A stretch of 33,653 nucleotides of DNA from Phycisphaerae bacterium (GTDB lineage Bacteria; Planctomycetota; Phycisphaerae; WQYP01). Each line of letters starts with the position of its first letter. Within the stretch, counting starts at the first letter, position 1. A model generated the notes under the pieces. It searched no databases, was not told where the DNA came from, and worked only from the letters and a program-made list of their open reading frames with translations. The stretch spans positions 1 through 33,653 of the forward strand of contig JBIJDM010000003.1 in the NCBI GenBank assembly GCA_044344145.1, in the 5' to 3' direction. The position numbers and the translations under genes were made by a program. Of the stretch, positions 16,426 to 27,052 are shown in pieces.

Positions 16426-19400
16426 GGTTTATTAGCCTCTTGAGCTTTGTAGTCCGCGAGATTGCGCAGGTATTGCTCGATCGCCTGATTATATTCCTGT
16501 GGGCTGCGCTGTTTTTGGGCCTGCAACAGAGCTTCGCGCTGCCGTTCCGGCAGGCCCTGATAACCGGAGGTGCCGGTGACATTATTGCCGGGCCCGACCT
16601 TGCCCCCGGTGGTGACATTGGCATCCATACGATCGCCGGTGCCCTTGGACATGGGATTATCTATACCCGGTGCGGGGGTCATACCGGGCATCATGCCCAT
16701 GCCCGGCATCATGCCCGGCATCCCGGGAGTGCCCGGCATTCCGGCCTGCGCCATGGCCATACTGGCCTGAGCCTGCGCCATCGCAGCCTGCGCTGCCACA
16801 GCCGCCGCAGCGGCGGCAGCGGGTTGACCAGCGGCAGCTTGGGCGGCAGATTCGGAAGCCGCCGTCTGGGCTTGAGCCAAAGCGTTTTGTGCGGACTCGG
16901 GCATGGCGGCGGATTCGGCTTGAATCTGGGCCATACTCTCCGCAGCTTGTGCCATTGCGGGGGCAGACGGTGCCGCCGCTTGGGGTTGGGCCATCATGTT
17001 CTGCAGCGCTTGTTGTAATTGCTGCTGCTGTTGGGCCATTTGTGCAGGCGCGGCGGGGGCGGGTTGACCCGGTTGACCGGGCTGTCCAGGTTGACCCGGT
17101 TGGCCAGGCTGACCGGGTTGACCAGGCTGGCCCGGTTGACCCGGTTGGGCGGCTTGCGCTGCAGCTTGGGCGGCTTGGGCTGCCTGAGCGGCTTGCGCGG
17201 CTTGGGCGGCGGCCTGCGCGGCGGCGGCTTGGGCGGCTTCCTTGGCTCCCGCTTGGGCGGGTTGGGCCGCAGCCTGCTGGGCGGCTTGGGCGGATTTTTG
17301 GGCGGCTTCCGACGCTTGCGCCGCCTGCTGGGCAGCTTGTTGGGCCGCCTGCGCGGCGGCGGGTTGCGCGGCTTGCGGCGGAGCCTGCGCGGCCTGTTGG
17401 GCCGCCTGCTGCGCCGCCTGAGCCGACTGGGCGGCCTGGGCGGCCGCTTGCGCGGCTTGCTGGGCGGACTGTTGCGGAGTTTGGGCAGCGGCGGCCTGCT
17501 GCAGCGCGGCTTCGGCTTTTTGCATGGCTTGGTTGGCCTGCTCCAACTTACCCTGAGCCAGTTGGCTGGCAGCCTGTTCAGCGGCTTTCTGGGCAGCGCT
17601 GAGTGCGGGGCTGGGGCTTTCGGTCTGGGCCTGTTTAATCGCTTCGGCCATCTGATTTTGCTGCTGCTGCAGGGCGGCCATGTTGGTGGGCGCCGCAGCG
17701 GCCAATTCCTCGGCGGCTTTTTGCAGCGCGGCCTGGGCGGCAGCCTGTTTTTCCGCGGCTTTATCATCCGTCACACCCGCGGCCAACTGGGCTTTGGCGA
17801 TTTCCTTGTCAATCGCCTGCTGGGCTTCCACCAAATTCTTCATGGCCTCTTTTTGCTGGGCGTTGGCTTCGGCATTTTTATCCTGGGTGAGTTTTTCCGC
17901 AGCGGCGGCCATGGCGTTTTTCGCCTGATCCAGTTCCTTGCCTGCTTGCGGCACCAAGGGCGCCACCTGTTCCCGGGCCTGATTGGTGGCTTCCTGAGTT
18001 TTGAGTTGGGCGGCCAGATCGGCGGGATTGGGTTTGGGCTTTTGCCCGGCGGCCTCTTTGGCCGCCTGTGCCGCAGAATTCAATTCCGCTTTGGCTTCCT
18101 GTTTGATCAGTTCGCCCACCTGGGCGCGGACCACCTGCAGATCATCGATCTTTTCCAGCGCCGCTTTGACCAGTGCGATTTGTTTGGCAATTTCCACCTG
18201 GGCATTCTGGAGGGCGGTCTGCACCCCGGTTTGGGTGCCCGTTAATTCTTTCTGGCCGGGGTCTTTTTGCATCTGGCCGGTGGCCAATTGCATCCGGGTA
18301 ATGGCAGTTTGTAATTCCTGGGCGGCCGCTGGTACCAGCGACTGGGCCGTGGTCTGGGGCGGCGTGGTATCCACCGCCAACTGGCCCTGAGCTTTCACCA
18401 GATTTTCCAGCGCATCTTTGCTGGTCAGCGTAGTGCGCAACTGGATAATCAGGTCCTGCTGTTGTTGCAACTGCGCGACTTCTTTTTGCAGCGCTTCCAG
18501 CCGGGCCAACATCGCGGCCGGTTGCTGGGCTTCCTGCAGTCGTTCGATCACGGCCTGCAGCAGCGTCACCACCTGCCGTTGGTAATACAGGGTTTGGGCA
18601 ACACTTTTGCTCAGTAAGGCCATCTCCCGGCGGACCAAACCGGTATCAGGACGCCCGGCCAAACGGTTCACTTCCTGGGCCGCGGTCAGCGCTTCGGTCA
18701 TCAGACTGTTGGCCAACGGCACCAGCGGGCCAAGTTGTTGCCGGGTATAGACCAGCGCGTCCATCTGATCGGAGATCTGATCCTGCAATTCCTGCAGTTC
18801 CGCCTGATCGGTCTCGCGGCCTTTTTCATCTTTGCCGAAGACTTTTTTCTCCGGCCACTGGGCGACCAGCGTTTCCTGCTGCTGGACAATCGGCGTCATG
18901 GCTTGCAGGACGATCCGGACCTGCTCAATGGTCGTGCGGGTCGGCGCGGCGATCAGGCTGAGTTGGCGCAATTCATCGCGGATTTTGCGCTGGCTTTCCA
19001 GCGCCTTGCCCAGATTGCCCGCACCCACCTCATCCGAAGCCGTGCGTAATAATCCAGCCAGACCGGCCTCCGTCATGTGTTTTTGGATTTGGTCCAATTT
19101 GGCATCGCCCCCACCGGGCTTGGCGATTTTGGCGAATTCCTGCAATTGTGCCAACACCAGATTGATTTCGTCGCGCAGGGCGCTCTGTTCCGTAGTCAAC
19201 AGTTGCTGCATGCTACGCATGTTTTCGCGATGGTCCTGGTGATGTCGGGAATTGTTATACTTCGTAAGATCGCTGGTGCCTAGCCGGCGCATGGCCTCGC
19301 GGCTGTTGCGCATGGCCGCCTGTTGGCGCTGGGCCTGGAGTTCGAAACGTTGCGACAATTCGGCATATTCGCGCTGTCGGTTGAACTCCAGCAGCAATTG

Positions 19401-19796
19401 CCGGAATTGCAGATTGATATTTTTCTGGACAGCGTAAGCCTGATTGGCCGTGGCCTGAGTAGTGGCCACACTGGCCTGACGCACCGCCTGGAGCAGTTCC
19501 ACCACACGTTGCATATCGCGCTGGGACATTTGCGCCAGCACCTGGCGGATCGCCAGCAAGGTTTTGACATCAGCGCTCTGGCCCAGTCCGTTGGCCTGAA
19601 ATTCCGCGATGATCCGGTCCAGATCCTGGGCCGCTTCCAGCGTTTGCGCCCGCAGCAGTGCCTGCTTGGTTTCCACCTGCAGCAAGCGTTCGCCCCCGAC
19701 GGGCGTGGTCTTGTTCTGGGCCGGCAGCAGCGCGGGGATACATACCAGCGCCACCGCATAGGCCAGTACGGCCCGATTAAGTCCGGTTTTACGCAT
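16422..19796 (-). CDS. Large exported Gln/Ala-rich coiled-coil protein (DUF4175 C-terminal-like)
   Basis: 1124 aa; signal peptide ending LPA-Q; AAGGAG ribosome-binding site; Q/A helical repeats; C-terminal LPERQRE..PQEYNQAIEQYLRNLA. Confidence 0.82.
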   Translation of the reverse strand: MRKTGLNRAVLAYAVALVCIPALLPAQNKTTPVGGERLLQVETKQALLRAQTLEAAQDLDRIIAEFQANGLGQSADVKTLLAIRQVLAQMSQRDMQRVVELLQAVRQASVATTQATANQAYAVQKNINLQFRQLLLEFNRQREYAELSQRFELQAQRQQAAMRNSREAMRRLGTSDLTKYNNSRHHQDHRENMRSMQQLLTTEQSALRDEINLVLAQLQEFAKIAKPGGGDAKLDQIQKHMTEAGLAGLLRTASDEVGAGNLGKALESQRKIRDELRQLSLIAAPTRTTIEQVRIVLQAMTPIVQQQETLVAQWPEKKVFGKDEKGRETDQAELQELQDQISDQMDALVYTRQQLGPLVPLANSLMTEALTAAQEVNRLAGRPDTGLVRREMALLSKSVAQTLYYQRQVVTLLQAVIERLQEAQQPAAMLARLEALQKEVAQLQQQQDLIIQLRTTLTSKDALENLVKAQGQLAVDTTPPQTTAQSLVPAAAQELQTAITRMQLATGQMQKDPGQKELTGTQTGVQTALQNAQVEIAKQIALVKAALEKIDDLQVVRAQVGELIKQEAKAELNSAAQAAKEAAGQKPKPNPADLAAQLKTQEATNQAREQVAPLVPQAGKELDQAKNAMAAAAEKLTQDKNAEANAQQKEAMKNLVEAQQAIDKEIAKAQLAAGVTDDKAAEKQAAAQAALQKAAEELAAAAPTNMAALQQQQNQMAEAIKQAQTESPSPALSAAQKAAEQAASQLAQGKLEQANQAMQKAEAALQQAAAAQTPQQSAQQAAQAAAQAAQSAQAAQQAAQQAAQAPPQAAQPAAAQAAQQAAQQAAQASEAAQKSAQAAQQAAAQPAQAGAKEAAQAAAAQAAAQAAQAAQAAQAAQAAAQAAQPGQPGQPGQPGQPGQPGQPGQPGQPGQPAPAAPAQMAQQQQQLQQALQNMMAQPQAAAPSAPAMAQAAESMAQIQAESAAMPESAQNALAQAQTAASESAAQAAAGQPAAAAAAAVAAQAAMAQAQASMAMAQAGMPGTPGMPGMMPGMGMMPGMTPAPGIDNPMSKGTGDRMDANVTTGGKVGPGNNVTGTSGYQGLPERQREALLQAQKQRSPQEYNQAIEQYLRNLADYKAQEANKP
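17061..17147 (-). repeat. In-frame 9-bp tandem repeat encoding (Gly-Gln-Pro)x9
   Basis: Nine GQP triplets counted from the DNA, with synonymous codon variation between units. Confidence 0.9.
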
Positions 19797-19808
19797 GACT
19801 AAACTCCT

Positions 19809-21503
19809 TTAGGGCCGGCCCGGGGCGGGTTGGGTGGCCGCATTTTTGTCGGTAATAATCTTGCCCAAATCCTGACTGGTATTTTCCTGCTCGGTGGCCA
19901 TGTCGTGGACCTGATTCAACGAACTGCCCAGCCGGCTGATCAGTTCGGCGTGTTTTACTTCCGAAGTCACCACCACCAGACTGTACGTGTCGCTGCGCTG
20001 GGTATTGGGCTGGGGGGTTTTGCCGTCCGCGATTTCCAGCCAGAATTCAATCCGGCTGTCGGGCGCCAATGCGGTGGGGAAATTAGCCTGAGCCAAATCC
20101 CAGATATATTCCCCCTGCCAGCGCGGCTCGATCAGATTGGGGGCCCGGGTATACACCGGCACGGACTGGGGCTCGTTCTCTCCGAGCCGATAATACAACC
20201 GGATCTGCCGGACGCCATAATCGTCCTCGGTTTGCAGCCGCATGGGTACCGTACCGGCGGCGACAATAGTTTGCTCGTGGGCGGTGGGCCACAATACGCG
20301 AATTTTGGGCGTGGCATCGGGCACCATCTGAATCCGGTACATGACCGAATCCAATGAGGCAATACCGTTGCTATCCACCAGCCGGATACTCACTCCGATG
20401 GCGTTGTCGGGCAGCGGGACCAAGGCCTGTAGCTGGGTGGGTTGTTGGGCGTCCACCTGCATCGGCAGGCTGATCTTGCGTTCCGGGGTATGCACGATCA
20501 CGACACTGCCTGCGGCACCGGAGCTATCTTGGCCACGACAGGCCCGATTCGCAGTCAGGGTCAATTGCAGACTGCTGCCCTGCACCATGGTCAGGTCATT
20601 GACCGCCAGTGGTCGGACAGGCAGCGGGATGTACGCGGGATAGCGCTGAGCGAATTCCACCTGCACCAACGCCGGACGCGTCATAACCTGAACCTTATGG
20701 GTGAGTGAATAGCCATCTCCGGCGTACAGCACATAGGAGAAGGACTCCTGGGCGTTGTCAATCACCCCGACAAAGCGGCGGCCCCCTGACGCACTGGCGG
20801 TCATCGGGAGGATTTGGCGACGGTCGGGATATTTCAATTCCGCGCGCACCGCGCTGGCATACCAGCCGGTCACCAGTGCTTCCAAATTCAAACTGTCGCC
20901 TACGGCCACATACACATTGCCGGTCACCGAGGTGATTTGGGTCCGGGTGGGCAGCTTGACCGATAGCAGACAGAAGCGTTGCAGCAGGATGCTGCTGGTG
21001 GGCCAGGTCGCCACCGTAATCACGCCACAACTCAGCAATACCACAGCGCCCCAAAAACTGGCGCGGCGCAAGGCCCGGCTGGGCAGGACTTGCACCCAGT
21101 CCAAATCGCCGATGACGGACTGGGCCTGTTGAATCACCGCCTGAACCAGGGTTGGGGAAGTACCCACCGCCACCCCGGCGGCTTGAAACTGCACCGCCGA
21201 AATCAACCGCGACGACAGTTCCGGATAGGTATGTTCCACCGTCAGCGCCAGCCCTTCCTGATCGGGCACCCGCAACAGAGGCCGGAGCATATGACGCCAC
21301 AGCGTCACGCCGGCGGAGACCAGACACACCAATAAACCAATGGCCCGCAGGGGGAGCGGGAAATCCAGCAGATAATCCAATCCACACACCAGCAGCATGC
21401 CCAGCAACAGCGCCGTTTGCGCCAACGCCCCACCGTGTAAAAACGCGAGGGTCACATAGCGCCGGCGTAAAGCCTGCAATCGTATGGTTACGGCATCTTG
21501 CAT
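19809..21503 (-). CDS. Membrane-anchored protein with Ig-like domains (DUF4175 N-terminal-like)
   Basis: Three N-terminal TM segments, VEHTYPELSSRLISAVQF, DATPKI, EDDYGV and a beta-rich body. Confidence 0.8.
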   Translation of the reverse strand: MQDAVTIRLQALRRRYVTLAFLHGGALAQTALLLGMLLVCGLDYLLDFPLPLRAIGLLVCLVSAGVTLWRHMLRPLLRVPDQEGLALTVEHTYPELSSRLISAVQFQAAGVAVGTSPTLVQAVIQQAQSVIGDLDWVQVLPSRALRRASFWGAVVLLSCGVITVATWPTSSILLQRFCLLSVKLPTRTQITSVTGNVYVAVGDSLNLEALVTGWYASAVRAELKYPDRRQILPMTASASGGRRFVGVIDNAQESFSYVLYAGDGYSLTHKVQVMTRPALVQVEFAQRYPAYIPLPVRPLAVNDLTMVQGSSLQLTLTANRACRGQDSSGAAGSVVIVHTPERKISLPMQVDAQQPTQLQALVPLPDNAIGVSIRLVDSNGIASLDSVMYRIQMVPDATPKIRVLWPTAHEQTIVAAGTVPMRLQTEDDYGVRQIRLYYRLGENEPQSVPVYTRAPNLIEPRWQGEYIWDLAQANFPTALAPDSRIEFWLEIADGKTPQPNTQRSDTYSLVVVTSEVKHAELISRLGSSLNQVHDMATEQENTSQDLGKIITDKNAATQPAPGRP

Positions 21504-21518
21504 AGAACTACCTACCCG

Positions 21519-23915
21519 TTATTTCAAGTACCAACGCTTGCGTAAAATCCATTCCGCACTAACCAGCCCCACCAGGAGCACAAACAACAGCGGGCTGGAC
21601 CAGAACTCGACCGAGATTCGCGTCAACACCGGCACCACCGTCCGCTGCACATCGCCGGGCAACCGGGACAACTGCTCTTCGCGATAAAATTGCCCGCCGG
21701 CCGTGTCCACCAATTGTTGGAGTCCGGCTTCGTTCATGGCTGCCTGCAACAATTCCCGTTGCGCGGTCTCGACTTCGAAAGTATAGAACGTCTTGGGATC
21801 ATGGGCGACGGTGATTTTGTGCCGGCCCACCGCCGGAGCGCTCAGGCTCGCCCGGTACATGCCTTCCTGGCCCGGCAGCGCCCGCAGGATCAAGTCGCGC
21901 GGGGCGTCCTTGCTGTTCAGGGGGGTGATCTGGGCGGTGACCTGCTCCTGCGTGAACGGCCGTAACTGGCTGTCGAACAACCGGGCGTACACCTGCATCT
22001 GGGCGCCGGGTTCATAACGCGGCTGGTCGGTGGACAACTGGGTCATCTTGGCCTGACCGAGAATACTGCTGACCGCCAGGCGCTCGATCATCTGGCTCCA
22101 GAATTGGATATGGATTTTTTCGCCTTCATTGCGCCGCCAGCGCCAGGTATTGTCCGTACCCACCCACAATACCGAGCCAATCCCGTATTGCTGCAGCACC
22201 ACCACCGGCTGTTTGCCGAAACGCGTGGCCCGCGCCGGATTACCATCCACCACCAGCACCTCCGCGCCCGGCTTGGCCCGCACCACCGGCGCCGCCCAGT
22301 ACATGGGCGGTAGATCGTTCCACAACCGCAGATTGTCCTCGGGCTTGTCGCTGAGATTCAGCATGTTGTGCGTGCGCCCCAGAGGAGTCAGTTCCAGCTT
22401 GATGGGCTGGTTGAAGACCGTCGGGCGTGCATCCTCGCCCCGCGCAACCTGAAATTCCACCGGCAGCAAACTCGCCAGCGCGGTTTTCGCGTAGGCATTG
22501 GGGGTGTGCATGCGGCCAGGAATGACCAGCAGCGAACCGCCGTGGATACTGACAAATTTTTGTAAATCCGGCAACGCCGTATCAGGCAGTTTCTTAGGAT
22601 CCACATCGCCCCAGATAATGACATCGTATTGCCCGACCAGATCCTTGAGTTCCTTGGGATACTTGGCCAGATAGGGGGTCTTTTCGCCTTGCGTCAGACC
22701 CGGGTCAACCTCGGCCAGAAAGCTGTGATACTCCACCCGGCGGTCGCGCATCAGCATATTTTGGATGTGCTTGTATTCCCAGCGCGGCGTCTGTTCCACC
22801 TGCAGCACCCGAATGCGGTCGTCCACCACTTTCAGTTTCTGGGTGTAGGCGTTGTTGGTGGTCATCACCTCGTCGGAACGGGTTTCAAATTCGGCGGTGA
22901 TTTCGTACTCCCCGGGTTGTTTGGGGATGTATTTCAGCGGTACCAGAATTTCGTCATCACCGGTCCAGGTGACATCTTCGCTGGCCACCACTTCTTTGCC
23001 CTGCCGCAGCAGCAGACGCGATTTTTCGCCCTTGAGCCCGCGGCCCTGTACCCGCGCCACCACCGGCACATCGTCGCGGACAAACACGCTGTCGCGCATC
23101 AGCAAGCCCACCACCGCGAGGTCTTTGGGGTTGGTAATGCCGGTGCCATAGATAAACAGCGGGATATTGTCGGCTTTGGCCAGCGTGGCGGCCTGATCCA
23201 TCGGCAGGCCGGCATTGTTGCCGCCATCGGTGATCAACACCACCCCCGCCAGACTTTGGCCGCGTTGCCGGACCAGCGCATCGCGCAGGGCTTCTCCGAT
23301 GGCCGTGGCAGGCAAATCCGCTTTGATCTGGGTCTGCCACTGGGTATCCGTGGTTATCGGATTCGGCAGACTTATTTCCTGATTCTGGGCCCCGAAGGTG
23401 TACAGCACCACACGATAGTCCTGTTGTAATGCTTCCAGCAGTTTGACCCGCTGGCCCGCCAGTGCGGCCGACGCCAGAGCGCTGCGGCTGGGCATGGTGG
23501 CGGCCGCCGTGGCATCTTTGCTGGTGGTAAACAACGCCGTCGCGCGGTTGATATCCGCCGGATCCACCCGCAAGTCGGCGATCGCCATCGAGGCGCTGTT
23601 ATCCACCAACACCACCACGGTCTGGCGCACCCGCCCGGCAATTCCCAGTTCCAGCACCGGCCGGGCCAAGAGCAAAAGCAACAATAACAAAACCAGCCCG
23701 CGCAGGGTCAGTAAAATCCGCTTGCGCCGCGGCGTCAGCCCGTCGCCATAAAGTTGATAGGTATACCACGACGCGAGGACCAGCAGAATCGCCCCCAACA
23801 ACCACCAGCCCGCGTGCACTTCGGTGGGGAACAGCACGCGCAGCGCCGCCAACCGGTCGCCCGGCTGACTGTCCGCACCTGCCCAATTGAGTATCCAGTT
23901 CATCATGGTAATCAT
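21519..23915 (-). CDS. Membrane protein with VWA and glutamine-amidotransferase-like domains
   Basis: MIDAS DNSAS and TDG; PRWEYKH; TWRWR; C-terminal TM ending EWILRKR. Confidence 0.88.
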   Translation of the reverse strand: MITMMNWILNWAGADSQPGDRLAALRVLFPTEVHAGWWLLGAILLVLASWYTYQLYGDGLTPRRKRILLTLRGLVLLLLLLLLARPVLELGIAGRVRQTVVVLVDNSASMAIADLRVDPADINRATALFTTSKDATAAATMPSRSALASAALAGQRVKLLEALQQDYRVVLYTFGAQNQEISLPNPITTDTQWQTQIKADLPATAIGEALRDALVRQRGQSLAGVVLITDGGNNAGLPMDQAATLAKADNIPLFIYGTGITNPKDLAVVGLLMRDSVFVRDDVPVVARVQGRGLKGEKSRLLLRQGKEVVASEDVTWTGDDEILVPLKYIPKQPGEYEITAEFETRSDEVMTTNNAYTQKLKVVDDRIRVLQVEQTPRWEYKHIQNMLMRDRRVEYHSFLAEVDPGLTQGEKTPYLAKYPKELKDLVGQYDVIIWGDVDPKKLPDTALPDLQKFVSIHGGSLLVIPGRMHTPNAYAKTALASLLPVEFQVARGEDARPTVFNQPIKLELTPLGRTHNMLNLSDKPEDNLRLWNDLPPMYWAAPVVRAKPGAEVLVVDGNPARATRFGKQPVVVLQQYGIGSVLWVGTDNTWRWRRNEGEKIHIQFWSQMIERLAVSSILGQAKMTQLSTDQPRYEPGAQMQVYARLFDSQLRPFTQEQVTAQITPLNSKDAPRDLILRALPGQEGMYRASLSAPAVGRHKITVAHDPKTFYTFEVETAQRELLQAAMNEAGLQQLVDTAGGQFYREEQLSRLPGDVQRTVVPVLTRISVEFWSSPLLFVLLVGLVSAEWILRKRWYLK

Positions 23916-26104
23916 TTCGACTTACTAAAGTACCAACCACACACCATATCCATCCCGGCGGCCAAAAACGCCAGCAGCAAAACCCACATGGTCCATTCGC
24001 GCCCGTTGGGCTTATTCGACTGCTGGGCCAAAGGTTGCTCGGGGGTGGTAATGGTGACCCCCGCCGCCTGCAGATTGGTGCGCTGGGCGTCAGAGAACAC
24101 CTGCACATTGGATTCCGCCGCCACCGGCTGGACGGCCAGATACGTCACCAGTTGCTCGCCGTTGGTGGCCAACCGGTACAGGCCCGCACGCTGGGTATCG
24201 GTGATCCGCACCTGCTGGCGCAGCCCTACTTCTTCCACCGTCACCCCGTTCTGCAGCGGAACCACATCGGTTTCCCGGGATGGGCTGTGGACAATCAGCG
24301 TCTGGCCTTTGTATTCATTGGCTACCAGCGTGCGGATGGGCGTGCCGGTCACCATCGGGTCGGGCCGGCTCTGATTGGACCGGACCACATAACCGACAAT
24401 CTGATGCAGCAACGGCACATACACCTGCGGGCGCACCGGCAAATCGGTCCACGCGGCATTGAGGGTACTGGTGGTCAGCAGCACCCGGCCTTCCTGCACC
24501 GTGCGCTCCAGCCACGCGGGCGAGCCATCCTGATAGCTGGCGATGGTCTGGAACGGTGAAAGGGCCTTGCCCGTTGGCGTGGCGGGAGCAGTCGTGGCCG
24601 TCACCGGCCAGGCGCGGACATCATATTTCCGCAGCGTGCGCACATCACGCCAGGTGGCCAGTCCCGTGTCATTCCAAATCCGCACCACCGGATGGTGCAA
24701 ACCTTCCGCCTGAAACGTCCAGGGTTTGTAATTCTTTTCCGCATCCCCGCGCGGTTCGTCCAGTTGGGCAGGCATCAGCCCCCAGCGTTGGCCCAGTTCC
24801 TGATTGTAAAAACGGGCGTTCACTTTGTCGCCCAGACCGATCAGCAAACCGCCCCCGCCCGCGACATAGCTGGCCAGCCGCTGGGTGGCGGGTAAGGTCA
24901 GATCGGGCACATTGGCCATAATGACCAGGTCATATTCATCGAGATTCGTGGTTTCGAGATCCAAGGGGTTGATGACCCGGGTTTGGAGCCAATTCAGCGT
25001 GTCCGCGTTCTGCACAAAGGGCCGAAGGGCGAAACCCAGATAGAACGATTCGGATTCGCGCGGTTCGCGCCCGGGATCGCCGTCCAAGACCAGCACCTGC
25101 ACCTGCCGGGTGGGAGTGACGGCCAGCATCCGGGTATCATCGGCGGCCAACTGATCACGCGGGATCCGCACGATGGCCGACTGCGGTACCGCGTCGCGGA
25201 AGGTAGCGAACATGGTCAGGGTGCGGGTCTCGCCCGGTTCCAGCCGGGCGATATTGACGGACTCCAGCGCCGGTTCATTGTTCAGCGCCAGCGTGACGGG
25301 CAGGTCCTGCACTGCGCGGGTGCCCAGATTGGCCACCTGCACTTCGAACCGCACCGGCTGATTCACCACCGGCAGCGCCGTGGTCATATTGAAACCGGTG
25401 ACGGCGATATTCTGCACCGGCTGGGTGCCCAACACATGCAGCCGGGATTTGATCTGGTTCTGGTTCAGCGTCAACAACCGGCCGATTTCCGGGGCCGCGG
25501 TAAACGCCGCGCCACGGCCATCGGTCACGATGACCAATTGCTTGGCGGTACTGGGCCGGCGTTCCAGCGCGGCCAGTGCGGCCTGCACCCCCGGCAATAA
25601 ATCACTGGCCCGGTCGGTCAATTCCAATTTCGGCAAGAGCGCCCGCACCCCGGCGAGATCATAACTGGGATCGGCAATCGCGCCCTGCGCTTCGTCCGAG
25701 GCCAGAATAATGCCCACCGCACTGCCCGCGGGCAGATTGGCGATGTAGGTATCCACCCATTGCACGGCCTGCTTGAAGGTGGACTGGGCGCCTTCGGTGG
25801 TGCCCATGGACATAGAATGGTCGAGCACAATCATCACAGTCTGGGGCGGCGGGGCGCTGGTGACCAGCAGATCGGTCACGGGCCGGGCCATGGCCAGGGC
25901 CACCAGCGCGATCAGCAGACAGCGCAGAATCAGCAGCAGGAGATCTTCCAACTGGAGGCGGCGCCGGTTCTGGGTCACACTGGCCTGCAGGAAGCGCATC
26001 GCGGCCCAGCGCATCTTAATGAATTGCCGGCGGTTCAGCCAGTGGATGATGATGGGGGCACTGATAGCGCCAATGCCGGCCAATAATAATGGATTCAAAA
26101 ACAT
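23912..26104 (-). CDS. BatA-domain/VWA/CARDB-like membrane protein
   Basis: MFLNP..PIIIHWLNRR..WAAMRFL..LLLILR..ARP BatA N-terminus; MIDAS DHSMS and TDG; C-terminal TM. Alternative GTG start at 26110. Confidence 0.9.
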   Translation of the reverse strand: MFLNPLLLAGIGAISAPIIIHWLNRRQFIKMRWAAMRFLQASVTQNRRRLQLEDLLLLILRCLLIALVALAMARPVTDLLVTSAPPPQTVMIVLDHSMSMGTTEGAQSTFKQAVQWVDTYIANLPAGSAVGIILASDEAQGAIADPSYDLAGVRALLPKLELTDRASDLLPGVQAALAALERRPSTAKQLVIVTDGRGAAFTAAPEIGRLLTLNQNQIKSRLHVLGTQPVQNIAVTGFNMTTALPVVNQPVRFEVQVANLGTRAVQDLPVTLALNNEPALESVNIARLEPGETRTLTMFATFRDAVPQSAIVRIPRDQLAADDTRMLAVTPTRQVQVLVLDGDPGREPRESESFYLGFALRPFVQNADTLNWLQTRVINPLDLETTNLDEYDLVIMANVPDLTLPATQRLASYVAGGGGLLIGLGDKVNARFYNQELGQRWGLMPAQLDEPRGDAEKNYKPWTFQAEGLHHPVVRIWNDTGLATWRDVRTLRKYDVRAWPVTATTAPATPTGKALSPFQTIASYQDGSPAWLERTVQEGRVLLTTSTLNAAWTDLPVRPQVYVPLLHQIVGYVVRSNQSRPDPMVTGTPIRTLVANEYKGQTLIVHSPSRETDVVPLQNGVTVEEVGLRQQVRITDTQRAGLYRLATNGEQLVTYLAVQPVAAESNVQVFSDAQRTNLQAAGVTITTPEQPLAQQSNKPNGREWTMWVLLLAFLAAGMDMVCGWYFSKSK

Positions 26105-26116
26105 ACGCACTCTCGC

Positions 26117-27022
26117 TTAGCAATGGCCGAACATACGTTGGCGGAAAGCCAGATATGCCATTAAATTTTCGGCCAAAGGAACCGCAGTATTAATAGTGAC
26201 CAGATGCACCTGATTGCGTTCGCAGCCCTGCCTCAGACGCAGCCGGAAGGCTTCCAGCTCGCGCAGGTAACTCTTGCGGATATCCTGGGGATTGGTCATC
26301 ATGCGCCCGGTGTTTTCCAGCCCTTCGAACTCCACATTGCCCCGCATCGGGAACTCCAGTTCGTGGGGATCGAACACCTGGAACACAATCACTTCCGACC
26401 CGCTGTAGCGCAGATGCTGGATGCCGCGCAGGATCGTTTCTTCATCATCGAACAGGTCGGAAATCAGAATCACAATCCCGCGCTTGCGGATCTGACTGGC
26501 CACTTCGTGCAGCACCGGCCCCATCCGGGTGGGCGCCCCCTGGGGCGGGCGGGCCAATACGTGCATGATATTGTGAATGGACTGCATGTTGCTGGTGCGC
26601 GGCACCGTGGCGCGGATCACGTCATCGAACATGTGCAGCAACACCGCATCGCGCTGCAGCAGCACCAGATAACTCAAACATGCCGCCAGCATGCGGGCAT
26701 AGTCCAGCTTGGTCACTGCGCCCGAACCGTATTGCATGGATTCGGAGGCGTCCACCAGCACATGGGCGATAAAATTGGTTTCCTGTTCATACTGCTTCAG
26801 ATACAGCCGCTCGGTGCGGCCCAGAAGTTTCCAATCCACGTGCCGGATATCATCGCCAGGGACATATTCGCGGTGCTGGGTGAATTCAATGGCAAAGCCG
26901 CGCAACGGGGATTTGTGTTCGCCGGCCATGAAGCCTTCGACAATGTACCGTGCCTGCAGGCCGAGATTTTCGGCCTGATTGATGGCTGCCGGGTCCAGCA
27001 GTGGGGGAAGGGGTGCTGCCAT
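26117..27022 (-). CDS. DUF58 domain protein
   Basis: GEHKSP, EFTQHREYVPGDDIRHVDWK, DASESM and ISDL motifs; adjacent to MoxR. Confidence 0.95.
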   Translation of the reverse strand: MAAPLPPLLDPAAINQAENLGLQARYIVEGFMAGEHKSPLRGFAIEFTQHREYVPGDDIRHVDWKLLGRTERLYLKQYEQETNFIAHVLVDASESMQYGSGAVTKLDYARMLAACLSYLVLLQRDAVLLHMFDDVIRATVPRTSNMQSIHNIMHVLARPPQGAPTRMGPVLHEVASQIRKRGIVILISDLFDDEETILRGIQHLRYSGSEVIVFQVFDPHELEFPMRGNVEFEGLENTGRMMTNPQDIRKSYLRELEAFRLRLRQGCERNQVHLVTINTAVPLAENLMAYLAFRQRMFGHC

Positions 27023-27052
27023 AAGGGGACTCCACACGCGGGCACGATGGGT

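Noticed and set aside
17019-18245. 408-aa plus-strand Leu/Gly/Arg-rich ORF; repeats as a possible CRISPR array
   Set aside because: Antisense of the Gln/Ala repeats; the repeats are codon-periodic with no unique spacers and no cas genes.
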